From Octopus sinensis (lineage: Eukaryota): a stretch of 64,000 nt of DNA. The DNA lies in the NCBI RefSeq assembly GCF_006345805.1, contig NC_043003.1, positions 93,992,001 through 94,056,000 of the forward strand. Direction: 5' to 3'. A program made the translations under genes and the position numbers. The notes under the pieces are model-generated. The model made no database searches, was not told the DNA's origin, and saw only the letters and a program-made list of their open reading frames with translations. This document shows positions 1 to 12,335 of this stretch, piece after piece (position 1 is the stretch's first letter; every line of letters starts with the position of its first letter).

Positions 1-1000
1 TCGCCTCTCCCGTATCGGCTTCTTTTAGGAGGATTGAATTGTCATTCTTCAGTATTAGTAAGGCTTCCATTTCTTCTTCACGAAGGTTTTGTTTGTATTT
101 TCGGGTACTTAGGGGAAATTTCGAAATTGTGTCTATTCCCTTTCAAGCGGGTGAAGTGGGTTTTATCTCTGGCAATTGATTCCTCATTTATATCCTTATT
201 GCCAAAGAATTCAATAATCCGGAGGTGGCGGTTAAAATGCTCAATATCAGCGTTTAGTTCAATGAGATTAGGGGTTGGCGTCGGGGTAAATTTGAAACAT
301 TTCAATAGGAGATTCATCTCATTCTTGTTGAGGCTTCTATTTGACAAATTTATGACCTTCGGGTTTATGTGTTTTGTGTGCTCATTAAAATTTCCTCTTG
401 CACCGGATATTTTCTCCCTAAAAAGGATATTGTATTATTGTGTTTCCATTTTTTTGCTGTTTTCAGGTTCTAGTTCTCTCGTAGATGAGGGGATGGTTCA
501 TGTTCTTTATACGTACTTTGTTGTCTATAACTTCTGTCTTCTTCCCATCTTTTATGCTTGTTGAGCCACTCACGATGTATGGGATTGTTGGTAGGGAATC
601 GTGAGATTCTTGAGTTTCCATGATGATTATTCATATTATGGTTTCTGTATTGTCTGTATATTACTTGTATTTCTTTCCATGTATTTATCCATCTAGGTTA
701 CTTGGTATTATGGGTTAGTGGTTGTCTGCATGTTTCTTGTCTTTTCTATTTTTTCCCCGTGTATTCATCCATCTTGGGTGTTTGATATTATGGGTTGATG
801 ATTGTCTTCTATATTCCATGAGTTTGTTTATTGCAGTATTATGTTTTTGTATTGCAGAATATGGGTTTCTAGTCAGCAGTTGGGGTGAGCTGGAGGTCGT
901 CTCCTCATATGTTCTTGGATAACTAGTGATTGATACCTTAGTTTGGTTCATCTGGGTTCGGTGTCTATGTTTGTTTTTCATTTCCTTGCATTTTTTGTTG
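1..1000 (-). mobile_element. Penelope-like element, N-terminal part of RT ORF (frameshifted), running off the left edge
   Basis: Minus-strand translation VINLSNRSLNKNEMNLLLKCFKFTPTP..LIELNADIEHFNRHLRIIEFF, then NLREEEMEALLILKNDNSILLKEADTG. These match the PLE N-terminal motifs NLS..L...E..LL.KGL.F.PTP / F.R.LR..EFF / L..LK.D.SI.IK.ADKG. Confidence 0.85.
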
Positions 1001-1154
1001 TAGTTTCGCTTTCATAATGGATATTTCTCTCTCTTTCCCTTTTTCCAAAACAACTAAAACAATATACTCCTCTTCTAAACAAATCAAAAAAGCATCCGAT
1101 TCATGTAAATGAACAACGAAACTTTCTGTTTTTACCACTTTGATTTCGTCTTGA

Positions 1155-1195
1155 CGAGTTCAATAAACGAACGAAAGCGCTAATAAAGAATTATC
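1155..1195 (+). ncRNA. Eroded minimal hammerhead ribozyme motif in putative inverted PLE terminal repeat
   Basis: TTGACGA-GTTC-aataaac-GAAC-GAAA-GCGC-TA: stem II and palindromic stem III present, C3 replaced by T, stem I not evident. Confidence 0.45.
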
Positions 1196-2089
1196 CAACA
1201 TTCTGACTGCCTCCATTTTCTCAATATACAATATCTGTACACCATTTCAAACATTCTATACATATATATATACATACGTACGTACATACATACATACATA
1301 CATACATACACAGGTAAATACACACACACATATATATATTCCTTTAACAAATGAAGGAATTATATGTGAGTTCTATGTTCAGAGGGTGCAGTAATTGGAC
1401 TTGCTATGCCTACTCTACACGATTCAATAATAGTCCAGATCAAATAACATGGCTACTCAGTGAGGAAATGCAAGGAAAATGTGAACATATCATGAGAAAA
1501 ACGAAAGTAAAAGAGGAATAGAAAAGAGGGATAAAAATTGCGCTACATTAAGAGAGCCGACTTAAAATCTGTTTTGGAGGAAAAGAGGTCAGAGATCCAA
1601 TTTATAATATTAGCCCCTTCCCCCATTACCTTTACCACCACTCTCATAGCCAATGACCGATAGAAGATAGAGAGTACTATCTGAAACAAACAAGAATCAT
1701 GACTAAAATTAAACCTAGGAAACTTTATATGGTTCACCCTTCCCTCTCTCTTTTGACTGTTAGGAAACATGTAGATAAATAGTTACCTGATAACCATAAA
1801 AATAAGTCTTCAATAGGCGTTTCGTGTACGTTTTTTACAGCTGCAGCCCTACTCTGAATAGTTTCTTTTCACGTAAGCCACACAAGACACTCCAAACGTC
1901 AACTTCAGGAACCCAGACATTTAACCACCAGGCAAGTCATGTATATTTAGCTCAGCCGTCTACAATACCAAAGTCACATATATTTTTCAAGTCAAAAAAT
2001 CCCTCGATCCAATAACACGATTTACAAACTTTATGCATGGAATGACCAATTTTATATACTATTGGAACCTACACACAAGGTACAGGAAA

Positions 2090-2335
2090 CGTATATCATT
2101 CTGCTTAAATAATGGAACTGCAGTTACAATATCCCTGCATATCTCACGTCTGTTTTCATTCTTCCACTTCATTCTCTATTTCATATCTTCTCTAGAATAA
2201 CAATTGCTTAACCATCTTCTCCCACCGTCTCCGATGAAGGATTTATAAAATATCCCGGAAGCAGCAGTAAGACCTTCTCTTTGTAAATGTTCTGAAATCT
2301 TTTACAGCCTTGAATTTTTATCTCATTCTGTTAAT
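2090..2335 (+). mobile_element. PLE-derived 3' terminal fragment with HHR-like motif; second copy at 21550-21790 (-)
   Basis: About 240 bp aligns by eye with the reverse complement of 21550-21790; contains gtct-CCGATGA-A-GGAT..ATCC-cGGAAG-CAGCAG-TA-agac. Confidence 0.6.
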
Positions 2336-2364
2336 TTATGTATGTATATATATATATATATATG

Positions 2365-2428
<64 letters not shown>

Positions 2429-2794
2429 CTAGCAGTATCGCCCGGCGTTGCTCAGGTTTGTAAGGGAAATAACTATAAAGCATTTTTAGAGTTATAGCCA
2501 AAAAATAGCAAAAAAATGGAAAAAAATGATGGTAAATTTTTTTTTGATAGTTAAAAAAGGTGGAGTTGCGTCCCCGACACAGTTTGTGGTTTGTGTTCCT
2601 GATTCTCGACCCCATGTCGAATTTATCGATTTTTTTCAGAACTGGGGGAACTTTTCAAAATTTTCGCTGCGTTAGTTTTGAATTATGACATTGGGCTATG
2701 TGTGTGTCAAGTTTCATCAGAATCGGTTGAAAGCCGTGGTCAGGGTGAGGGTACAAGCAAACAGACACACAGAAACACGCACAGACAAACTGCC

Positions 2795-2805
<11 letters not shown>
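2429..2805 (-). mobile_element. Non-autonomous Helitron-type element
   Basis: Minus strand ends with hairpin (cctgagc-aac-gccggg) then CTAG, followed by T in a (TA)n tract; 5' end tatatataaacggcag with cagaca-type repeats. Confidence 0.6.
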
Positions 2806-2866
<61 letters not shown>

Positions 2867-2988
2867 GAGGGCATTATTACACATACATGCCACACGCTAA
2901 GAGGGACATTAGTCATTTCTACCAAAAAATTTTACTAATCATACCCAATGCAATTTTTCCAAACCTAGACATTTAAAAAAATGAATTT

Positions 2989-3050
2989 AGTCTTGTATCA
3001 CCTGTGATTTCGTACTTATCGCAGTTTCGACCGTACTCATCAGCAAGACT
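2989..3050 (-). ncRNA. Type I hammerhead ribozyme (left arm of palindrome)
   Basis: Exact reverse complement of the 3216-3277 motif. Confidence 0.85.
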
Positions 3051-3215
3051 GATTCTGAACATATCATAAATAAACGAACCTGTACCGTCAAAGCCGAACA
3101 GCTATCTGTTCAACCCTAACGACGCACATGGGGAAGTTTACATATAATACATCCGAACAGATAGCTGTTCGGCTTTGACGGTACAGGTTCGTTTATTTAT
3201 GATATGTTCAGAATC

Positions 3216-3277
3216 AGTCTTGCTGATGAGTACGGTCGAAACTGCGATAAGTACGAAATCACAGGTGATACAAGACT
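3216..3277 (+). ncRNA. Type I hammerhead ribozyme (right arm of palindrome)
   Basis: Stem I agtcttg/caagact (7 bp), core CTGATGA 3223-3229, stem II gtac/gtac, GAAA 3255-3258, stem III tcac-ag-gtga, UA cleavage site 3269-3270. Confidence 0.88.
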
Positions 3278-3526
3278 AAATTCATTTTTTTAAATGTCTA
3301 GGTTTGGAAAAATTGCATTGGGTATGATTAGTAAAATTTTTTGGTAGAAATACTAATGTCCCTCTTAGCGTGTGGCATGTATGTGTAAAAATGCCCTCTA
3401 TATATAAATTAATATGTTCAATAAGAAAGAATTATTTTCGAAATTTTTCTCTTATGAGGTTTTTCACGCTAACTACCTGATAATTTCTTGTTAAGATTCC
3501 TTATTAAGAAGTTATCCTTAATTGTT

Positions 3527-3557
<31 letters not shown>

Positions 3558-3579
3558 CTATATATATATATATATATAC

Positions 3580-3659
<80 letters not shown>

Positions 3660-3682
3660 GATAGATAGATAGATAGATAGAG
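3580..3682. repeat. (TAGA)n microsatellite
   Basis: Direct tandem repeat. Confidence 0.95.
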
Positions 3683-3920
3683 TGTGTGCATATTCTATGT
3701 TTGTGTGCATATGTGTGTGTTATAAGGTCAGGGATACGTGTGGGTCGGCCTGGACGGAAATATATATATAGTATATATTCAAACGCCTTAAAATTGTGAT
3801 TATAAGATTTCGTAACTGAGTCACACTAAACGAGAATTTGCACTTTATTAAAACCAAGTTCTCAACCAGGCGACTGATATAATTCTATGAAAATTAATGA
3901 AAATTTTGAATTTTTTGATT

Positions 3921-4073
3921 GGCTGTGTGGTAAGTAGCTTGCTTACGAACCACATGATTCCGGGTTCAGTCCCACTGCGTGGCACCTTGGGCAAAAATGT
4001 TTTCTACTATAGCCTCGGGCCGACCAAACCCTTGTCAGTGGATTTGGTAGACGGAAACTGAAAGAAGCACGTC

Positions 4074-4127
<54 letters not shown>

Positions 4128-4335
4128 TTGTGTCTCAGTGTTTGTCCCCCTAACATCGCTTGACAACCGATGCTGGTGTGTTTACGTCCCCGTAACGCAG
4201 CAGTTCGGCAAAAGAGACTGATAGAATAAGTACTAGGCTTACAAAAAATACGTCCTGGGGTCGATTTGCTCGACTAAAGGCGGTGCTCCAGCATGGACGC
4301 AGTCAAATGACTGAAATAAGTAAAAGAGTAAAAGA
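3921..4335 (+). mobile_element. tRNA-derived SINE family A, full-length, with internal (TA)n(TG)n
   Basis: A-box tgtgtggtaag, B-box gggttcagtccc, central ccttgtcagtggatttggtagacggaaactgaaagaagc (possibly Meta-type domain, unverified), 3' half ending taaaagag repeats; about 10 copies in window. Confidence 0.85.
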
Positions 4336-5419
4336 ATAATTATTAAAATATTTAAAAACGGGAAACAGCAGAGAAATAAATAATAGAAAAAGAAAAGGAT
4401 CCAAGAATTGTTTGAATTGAATACAAGCAATTTTACAGCTAGAAATATTTTATTAAGCTTCATTGCCAAGACGGGATTGCACACCAAATCGGTGTATCAA
4501 ACCGAACAGGGAAATATTGAGTTTTCAAATTCATGATTGTCAATTTTGGTTCATCAATGAGCTCTCTCACTTTATCATTGGAGTCACTATTGTACTCGTT
4601 GAATAAATATGTTTACAGTTGTTAAACTTGAAAACGAAAGATAATCTTGACGGCATCCTAGGAGAGAGAAACATCAAACAGCCTTCAATGATATTATATG
4701 TAACATTTTGCTGGGCATCGGAAAGTGAATTTGCTTTTCTGGAGGGCGATACCAATGTCCAGGCTTGCAATTCGTTGAACTATAACAAAACGAAAAACGA
4801 TTAATACCCATGTGTATTACCAAGTATCGATTTCTCTCGTCTTCCAAGAGATGAATAATGAAATTGTCACTCAACACAGGATATGTTAGCAAGATGATAC
4901 CGATGCAGTAAGCTTGTTATCAATCAACACTCCAGTGCTTATCCAACTGCCTGGTTGGACAGCAAAGATTATATTTACTACTCTTTCAACTATAAATGAG
5001 CCTTTGAAAATCGTTCCTCCTGGTGCTTAGAATGTTATTTATTGTAATTGGTTAGAAAATTACAGTTGGAATATAATTGTAGCGACTGCAACAGAATATC
5101 AATTTATATACAAAACATTTTAAGCATTCTTAGTGGTATGTAAAGCAATGATACTTATTTACATTTTGAGAAGCAAGCATTCAAAACTGTATCTTTCGTT
5201 CCAATATTCATATAGTATCCAACTGAAGTACCAGATAATTGGATGTTTAACACATCCCTTTGAAGGTTATATTTTCCTCAGTTTGTTACTTTATATATAT
5301 ATACACAAGAGATAATATAAATATTAAAAATTATATTACTATCCAGCAAGTATAAAGCACCATAAAAGTTAGAATTATAAATATTAAAGGCGGATTATAT
5401 ATATATAATTATATATAAA

Positions 5420-5940
5420 TACTGCCTCCACGCGCTGCTACTACACTTTCGTCTTGCCAGCAAAAAGGCCTTCTTCGTTCCCCCTTGTGTGGTTAATTTC
5501 TGTATAGTATTCTTGTTATTTTCTCGTTTTGTAACTAATTGTACTTTTGTACATGTATTTTTTATTTTTGCAGTTTTATTGTTGTCTATGCCAGAAAAAA
5601 AGGCTTTTTCGTTCGTCCTCTTGTGTTTGTTTTTGTACATGTATTTTAATTTTGCAGTCTTATTGTTACGTCTTGTTTGTGTTCGTACTCATTGTGCCCC
5701 GCTGCTTGAAATTTTATTTTAATTCTCTCGCAGGAAGGCTATTGGATTAGTGTTCTGTTATGCCTTCGAACAGCCTGACTCTCTAGCGACAGCTGATGAC
5801 GGGGGTTTTGTCCTTGTGTAACCTGTCCTGTATTTGGTTTTCGTTTCCTTTTCTTGTTTTTTGTTTTTTTTGGCTCTTTCTGTTTCTACGTCTTATTGTG
5901 ATGTCCTGTACTTCAATTATTTATATTGCATGTATATATA
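5420..5940 (+). mobile_element. Probable PLE 3' fragment with eroded HHR at about 5790-5830 and internal tandem duplication
   Basis: cag-CTGATGA-cggggg-ttttg-tccttg-tgTAAC-ct-GTC-ctg; T-rich; bounded by TA repeats. Confidence 0.4.
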
Positions 5941-6622
5941 CATGTAGATGTAGGTACGTACATATATGTTTGTATGTATGCATATATTTTATATCTCCTA
6001 TATATATATATATATATGTATATATCCCAGTGTTCGTAGGAAATAATCCCTAGGTGGACACGTAGGTGATAGACTAGAGAAAATCAAGCACTAAGGAGCA
6101 TGTCGTAGGCCAAAATAAAAAAAAAGATAAAATTTCTATCATCAAACTTTTATTCGAAGTTGAAAAGAGTTTGCAAAGGGTAAAAAGCTATTGGCAGACT
6201 TAACCAAAGTCTTGTTGAGTGAATCCAGGGATAAGTAGAGTGAATGAATATATACTGCGGAACAGGGCGACAGTGGTGCGAATCAGGAAAGGAACAAAGT
6301 GGCGACCCGCTATATGAGACAGGATATTTAACAATATATTGCAAGCACAAGAGCAGGAGGACGTAATGGAAAAATTTCCACGACATGGTAGTAGCTTCTT
6401 CTGCCTCCATTTTGTACCTTTGCGTCCTCTTCCCTTCTATTTTTATATTCGCTCATTCTCTGCGCATAGGTTCTCTCAGCGGGATTTTCGTTCACCCCCA
6501 TCACCATCTTCTTATTTACCGCTCCCTTTTCGAATCTTAGGGTATAGCCAAGGCTCAAGTACCGGAAACTTTGTCGTCTTTCCTCACACACACGCCCGCA
6601 CGTACACACGCATGTACACACA

Positions 6623-6656
<34 letters not shown>

Positions 6657-6799
6657 TGTATTTGTACATGCATGTATATTTGAGTGCAACGTTTTACAAT
6701 GAATACTTTTACAGTCAACGTTGACTACAAGACATGAATTGAGTACCTAAATTCGTTAAAACCAACGAAGTTCCATAAATGATAACTATTAACTAAATG

Positions 6800-7400
6800 T
6801 ATGCGAAAATACAATGCAGACATTCTACTCAAGCAATTGATGCCTATATTTCTATAAAACGGAGAAAAATCAATAATGCGATCACAGACAAAGAATCAGC
6901 TGGAACAAAAAGAGATTGTAGATGCATTGAACAACTTCTAATTAACAAAACTTGTAACGGAAGTGAAACAACATCTAGGAACTGTGGAAGCAGCGGTAAT
7001 TGTCTGCTAAGATAAAATATAAAAAATATATTATTATCTTAAACTACGATAAATGGATTCTATCAACAAACACAAAACCTTACTCAAACAGGAAGAATGA
7101 CAATAGTTGTCATTGAAATACTAGAGTAAATCTCGTCCGACTATTTGGGAACTACGCAGAGAAAGAATGGAGATTATATTCGACGTGATAAAATATCTGA
7201 AATATATCTTGCCAACAGATATCCTTTTCAGTTTCTTTTAAGAATTTTTTTCTATAAAGATAGATTATATATAATCTATTATTCATGCTACTGAAACCTG
7301 AAGGATACGTGAGCGGCTATAAGAAGAACAGAAACTTAAAATGGATTATTATTGATTTAAATGGCAATGACTTTAAATTATATTGCTAACATTAATGGTA
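6800..7400 (+). pseudogene. Highly decayed R4/Dong-like RT remnant
   Basis: CRCIEQLLINK..E resembles the GCKDQLMINKAITE motif of the intact copy at 49.9 kb; gactttaaattatat resembles DDLKLY. Confidence 0.4.
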
Positions 7401-7689
7401 GCATTTTAATAAACCTCTTTTGGTTAATGCATAAAATATGACAAGAAGATTAGCCAATATATATCTTCATTAAAGAAATTTACTCATAAAACGCAAACAC
7501 ACATTTGGTAACGCAGGGACGTAACAGAAGGACATAATAGCTATATATTCGTCAATATATTACCGGAGTAATTTAGAAACAACGAAGCAATTACTGACAT
7601 CGGAGGAATTACTAACATCGAAACAATTACTGACATCGGAGGAATTACTGACATCGAAAGCAATTACGGACATCGGGGGAATTTGAACT

Positions 7690-7935
7690 AAGATCATAAA
7701 GACGAAGGAAATAAGGCTAAGAATTTTGTCCCGAGTGCTAACAATTTTGCTAGATGGCCGCCTTAAAATGTTCTACTTAATGATGGTTTCAAATTTTCGC
7801 ATAAGGTCAATAATTTAAGTGGAGGGGATAAGTCGATTAAATCGACTCCAATGCTCAACTGGTACTTATTTTATCATCCCGAGAAGATGAAAGGCAAAGT
7901 CAACGTCGCGGAATTCAAACTCAGAACGTAAAGAG
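7690..7935 (-). mobile_element. tRNA-derived SINE family E
   Basis: Shares tttgcctttcatc..gataaaataagtaccagttgag..gtcgat..aatcgact with copies at 17265, 33808, 52125 and 59360. Confidence 0.75.
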
Positions 7936-7954
7936 GTCAATAATATGTGTGTAT

Positions 7955-7985
<31 letters not shown>

Positions 7986-8954
7986 CGTGCGCGTGCTTGT
8001 GGAGCGCATGAGGGACAACGTTTTCTGTTTTACACATGATATATTGAAGACATGACTTTTATTGAAGTTCTTTAGTATTTGCGTATCAGACTCTTATAGT
8101 TTGGAAAATAAAGTTCCCATATTCATCTTTATCAACGTTTCCTGTCTATCTCAGCAACATCTTTTCACTAACTGGTGTTGAATACTTTTTGTAGTCGGAT
8201 AAAACCAGCAACTGAAAATGAATCTGTTTGCGCTGAACTTTCCAACAAAAAATTCAATTCAAGAAATCCTACTAGAAGGCTGGGGTAGGAAAAAAAAGTA
8301 AAACAGAGAACTTCATACGAAGAATTAGAGTATGTGAATATTTCTTCGATATGCGAAAATAGAACAAAATAAACAGAAAATAAGGGTCCAAATTCAGAAA
8401 AAATCCTCCAGCCATCAAAATCTTTGAATAGTTTGATGCAGATCTCTTCAATTTAAAAAGAAGAATTAAATTCAGGAAGATTGACAACAATTTCTAGAGT
8501 ACCTTAAAGAAAAATTTCGATTTTTTAATGAAATTCAAGAGAACTCTCTTTTTCCACACCTGACAGTAAGAAAAAAAACTATAGTTATGAGAAGGAACTA
8601 TTTAATAGGATTATTTCAAATAATAATAACACATACAAAAATCGAGAGCTAACATATTCGAAAGCTAAGAAAATAACCTTAGATTTCGATAGAATCCCCT
8701 ACATATATATTGTATTATTCTTACTGATCATAAAATTAATTTTAAAAATAACCCTAAATGTAGACATACTAATTCTGCATAAGCATAATTAGGAATAACA
8801 AATATATTTTAGATTCTATTATACACTAACGATGCATCTCGGCGTTGTCCGGGTGTTATTAGTTACAGCCACATTGTAATATTTGTTCTTTTCTTATGGG
8901 CAGAATCAGCACATGAGGAATATGAAGCAAGCAAGTCTTTTTTATAAACATGTT

Positions 8955-9120
8955 TATCGGTCATTTTTGCAGTTTCGGTCTGCAAAATTTAGTCACAAGT
9001 CTGTGGTTGACCCAGAGCTATAGCAGAAAACACTTGCTCAAAGTACCATGAAGAGGGTCTGAACGTAGAACCATGTGATTGGGAAGCAAAATTCTCAACC
9101 ACATAGTCATTATTGCACCT
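8955..9120 (-). mobile_element. SINE family A, diverged 5' part
   Basis: Reverse complement resembles head and central domain of 3921-4075. Confidence 0.6.
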
Positions 9121-9894
9121 AATATATGTCTGTGTGTGTCTACATTTGTTGTTAAATCGAGTATTGTGTCCCATTATGTTTCAAATTTAATAGTTCATCA
9201 AATAGATATCTATAAAATAAATGCCAGATTGAAATACGGACTGAGGTGAGTATGATCAATTAAATCTTTGAAGGTGACACCCCATTATGGCGACAGTCGA
9301 AAGACTAAACCCAGTAAGATAATGCTTAAAGACTTAATGTCTTCAAATTAAAAATAATGGATTACTAACAACAAGACAGTATATATACATCTCAGTCTAC
9401 TTGACTTCCAACAATTAACAATTGTAATTTGAAGTTGAATGGTTGATAGTAAGAAAGCTATCCAGATTTCTTGAAAAATTATTGTGCAAAATATTCTGAG
9501 AAAAAGTTTTCTTCCCCACAACAAAACACACACAAATACACACACTCACACACACACTCACTCACGCACAGGTGTCTGTGGTAACTTGAGCTACTACAAA
9601 TAGCAGCCAAATCTCTCGTAAAACACACCATTTCATCAAAAGAAAGACACAGATTTATAATATTTCAGGAAGAAAAAAAAATTATGCGATGGGTCTGCTA
9701 CATCAGATACAACTCTGGGCTAAACAAAACACAGACAAAGACACTTCACATTAAAAGATTATCTACTAAATGATACTAATAAAGTTGACGAAATATATAC
9801 CCTAACCCTAAACCTTGTAAAACTCCAAGTATTTTAAACATTTTCTCATTATGCTTTATCTAAGACATGTTCAGACAGAGTTGCGTCTCTTAAC

Positions 9895-10265
9895 TATCTA
9901 TCTATCTATCTATCCGCTCAGTCGAAGTCGACTCTTGGTTACTCGTTGGATCAGTGTCCTCCAGTCAGTTCTATCCTGGGTCGCTTCTTTCATATTGGCT
10001 ATGTCCATTCCGGTATCACTCTTGATGGTGTCAAGCCAGCAGGTTCTTGGTCGGCCTCTTCCTTTCTTGCCACTGACCATTCCGAGCATGATGTCCTTCT
10101 CTAGGGATTTTCTCCGCATAATATGACCAAAATATGCCAATCTATGCTTGGTGATCCTAGCTTTTAGCGACATTTTTGGCCTGATCTGCTTAAGAACTTT
10201 TCCATTGGTGAGCCTCGCTGTCCATGGAATCCGTAAAAGACCTAAAAACTGTGCGTTCCGACATC
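9895..10265 (-). mobile_element. RTE (BovB-like) LINE 3' fragment with (TAGA)n tail
   Basis: LLRIPWTARLTNGKVLKQIRPKMSLKARITKHRLAYFGHIMRRKSLEKDIMLGMVSGKKGRGRPRTCWLDTIK: typical RTE C-terminus. Confidence 0.88.
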
Positions 10266-11071
10266 GTTTATTTTGGAGTAAAAAAAAAAGAGTTGTTGAA
10301 CAAAATACATACTTTGTCTCGTAGCCGATATCTTTCTGATATCTTATACGTCAAAATCGACAAACTAGTTTTCGAATCTATAAGAACACACAGAGACCCC
10401 CCCCACACACACACATACACACACACATCCGCACGCACATACACGCACAAACTGTTTTATATATATTAATATATGTTAAGTTAAAATAAAGATGCTATAG
10501 CATTCTCCTTATGGGAGTTAGTTACTAACAAGTATAAGAATAATAGCGTTACGAACATCTCTCTTTTTTTCTGCACACCAGAGTATTGTTGCTGTTCTTC
10601 ACGGATGTTCTATAAGTTAAAAAACCATATCAGAAAATTTTTGCCAGCTGAGCAAACGGGTGCAACTTGAAATGATATTTTCTTTTGCTGAAGAACATAC
10701 CGCATCACTTTTCAGAATATGATCAACTTTCTCTCCATAAATGTGAGAGGATTATTTCACTATGCAAAATTCTATGTGCTTTTAAATCTCTCCTGAAGTT
10801 CCTATGATAACCGTGTACTATAGGGGAGTGTTTATATCAATTTTAAGAATTGACTAGCTACACTAGTTGTTAGATTGATATCGAATGTTTGGGTAAACCA
10901 CATGAAATTCTTAGTTTTATTTCTACTTAAGTTTCTAGTCTTTTAACAGAATCTATTTAAACTGTTAAAACTGCTAACATTTCGTTTAAAATCACTAAAG
11001 AGATAATGAACATTAGTGATGATTTTCATTGTTCTTAGAGCGCACTCACTTACCATCTCGAGGTTTATATA

Positions 11072-11390
11072 TAAGTGGGTAGAGTGTCGGGTTCACAAAC
11101 ATGAGGTAGTGAGTTCGATTCAAAGACAGGGCTGCGTTTTGTGTTCTTGAGCAAGACACTTATTTCATGTTGCTCCAGCTCGTTCAGCTCTATAAATGTG
11201 TTACAATGTCACGAGGCCAGACTATATCAGCCTTTGCCTTTCCCTTGGATGACATCGGTGGCGTGGCGAAGGGAGTCTGATATGCATGGGCGACTGCTGG
11301 TCTTCCATAAAAACAAGCTTGCCTGCACGGACTTGTGCTTCGGAAGTGTACTTGGGTGCAATCCCATGGTCATTCATGACTGAAGGAAGT
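11072..11390 (+). mobile_element. tRNA-derived SINE family C
   Basis: B-box gagttcgattc; body matches reverse complement of 34838-35163 and 62983-63172. Confidence 0.75.
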
Positions 11391-11419
11391 TTCGACTCTA
11401 TGGGTATGGTGGGTGATAT

Positions 11420-11466
11420 ATGATTTGTATATATATATATATTATCTGTATATATATATATTATAT

Positions 11467-11505
<39 letters not shown>

Positions 11506-11519
11506 TATTATAGATATAT

Positions 11520-11550
<31 letters not shown>

Positions 11551-11724
11551 TATATATATTATATATATAAATATATATATATATTTACTCCACCACCTAC
11601 ACCACCAAAAGGTATATACATGGTGCATTACAATTATCAATACTCACCTGAAAATTTCTATATAATAAATATATATATATATTATATATATATATATTAT
11701 ATATATATATATTATATATAATAT

Positions 11725-11755
<31 letters not shown>

Positions 11756-11941
11756 AATTAATATATATATAAATATATATATATATAAATATATATATAA
11801 TATTATATATATATATATATATATAATAGTATATATGGATATATATACATATATACATATACATTATATATATATATATATATTATTATTATATATATAT
11901 ATATATCTAATATATATATATATCTATATATATATATATAT
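11420..11941. repeat. About 520-bp interrupted (TA)n microsatellite
   Basis: Direct observation; similar long tracts at 15360-15710, 35163-35755, 39860-40051 and 61019-61470. Confidence 0.95.
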
Positions 11942-11948
11942 GCACGTA

Positions 11949-12325
11949 CACTACCGTCAGAAATTAATTAGCACCCTGATTTGCTCTTCACTCAAGGTAT
12001 GTGCTGTCATCTAGTGGCCATATCTCGAACTATTGCTTTGTTGCGAGTTCACTGTTGCGCAGAACGATGACGTAACTTTGTTTGTCGAGCAGTTTGAGAA
12101 TCTACAGCCTTATGATGTTGACATAGCAGTGTGCAACAACTTGGGTGCGGATTGGAGACAAATCTTCCTTTGTTTAATAGATATAGGTAGCGCCTCGCAA
12201 GGACCGAAATCACACATATCTAAGTTTTCTCATCGTGTTAAGACGTTTTGAACAGCTAATGGTTAATTGATTTAACCTATTTAATGTAGAAATTTGAGAA
12301 GTGCTATTAATTTCTGACGCAAGTG
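11949..12325. mobile_element. Tc1/mariner-type MITE with TA target duplication
   Basis: TA-cactaccgtcagaaattaattagcac ... gtgctattaatttctgacgcaagtg-TA; empty-site paralog at 14575-14600. Confidence 0.85.
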
Positions 12326-12335
12326 TAAGTATGTG

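Larger units (their letters stand above)
2861..3404. repeat. 544-bp fold-back palindrome: arms 2861-3111 and 3155-3404, 43-bp spacer
   Basis: Arms compared base by base: reverse complements except one substitution and one 1-nt indel near the outer ends. Confidence 0.97.

Noticed and set aside
34-564. 176-aa plus-strand ORF
   Set aside because: Antisense shadow of the minus-strand Penelope ORF; no motifs.
4700-4790. P450-like peptide GIGK*IC / FSGGRYQCPG
   Set aside because: Short, interrupted by stops, with no other P450 motif nearby; likely chance.
7585-7685. Six roughly 18-bp tandem units (aattactgacatcgg) resembling a repeat array
   Set aside because: No unique spacers and eukaryotic context; ordinary minisatellite, not CRISPR.
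8180-8560. Possible plus-strand PLE N-terminal relic (NFIRRIRVCEYFF)
   Set aside because: Single short motif in heavily decayed sequence; too weak to annotate.
11420-11941. Quasi-periodic interruptions in long (TA)n tracts as a higher-order code
   Set aside because: Irregular single-base slips are typical of slippage or long-read consensus error; no stable higher-order unit is visible.
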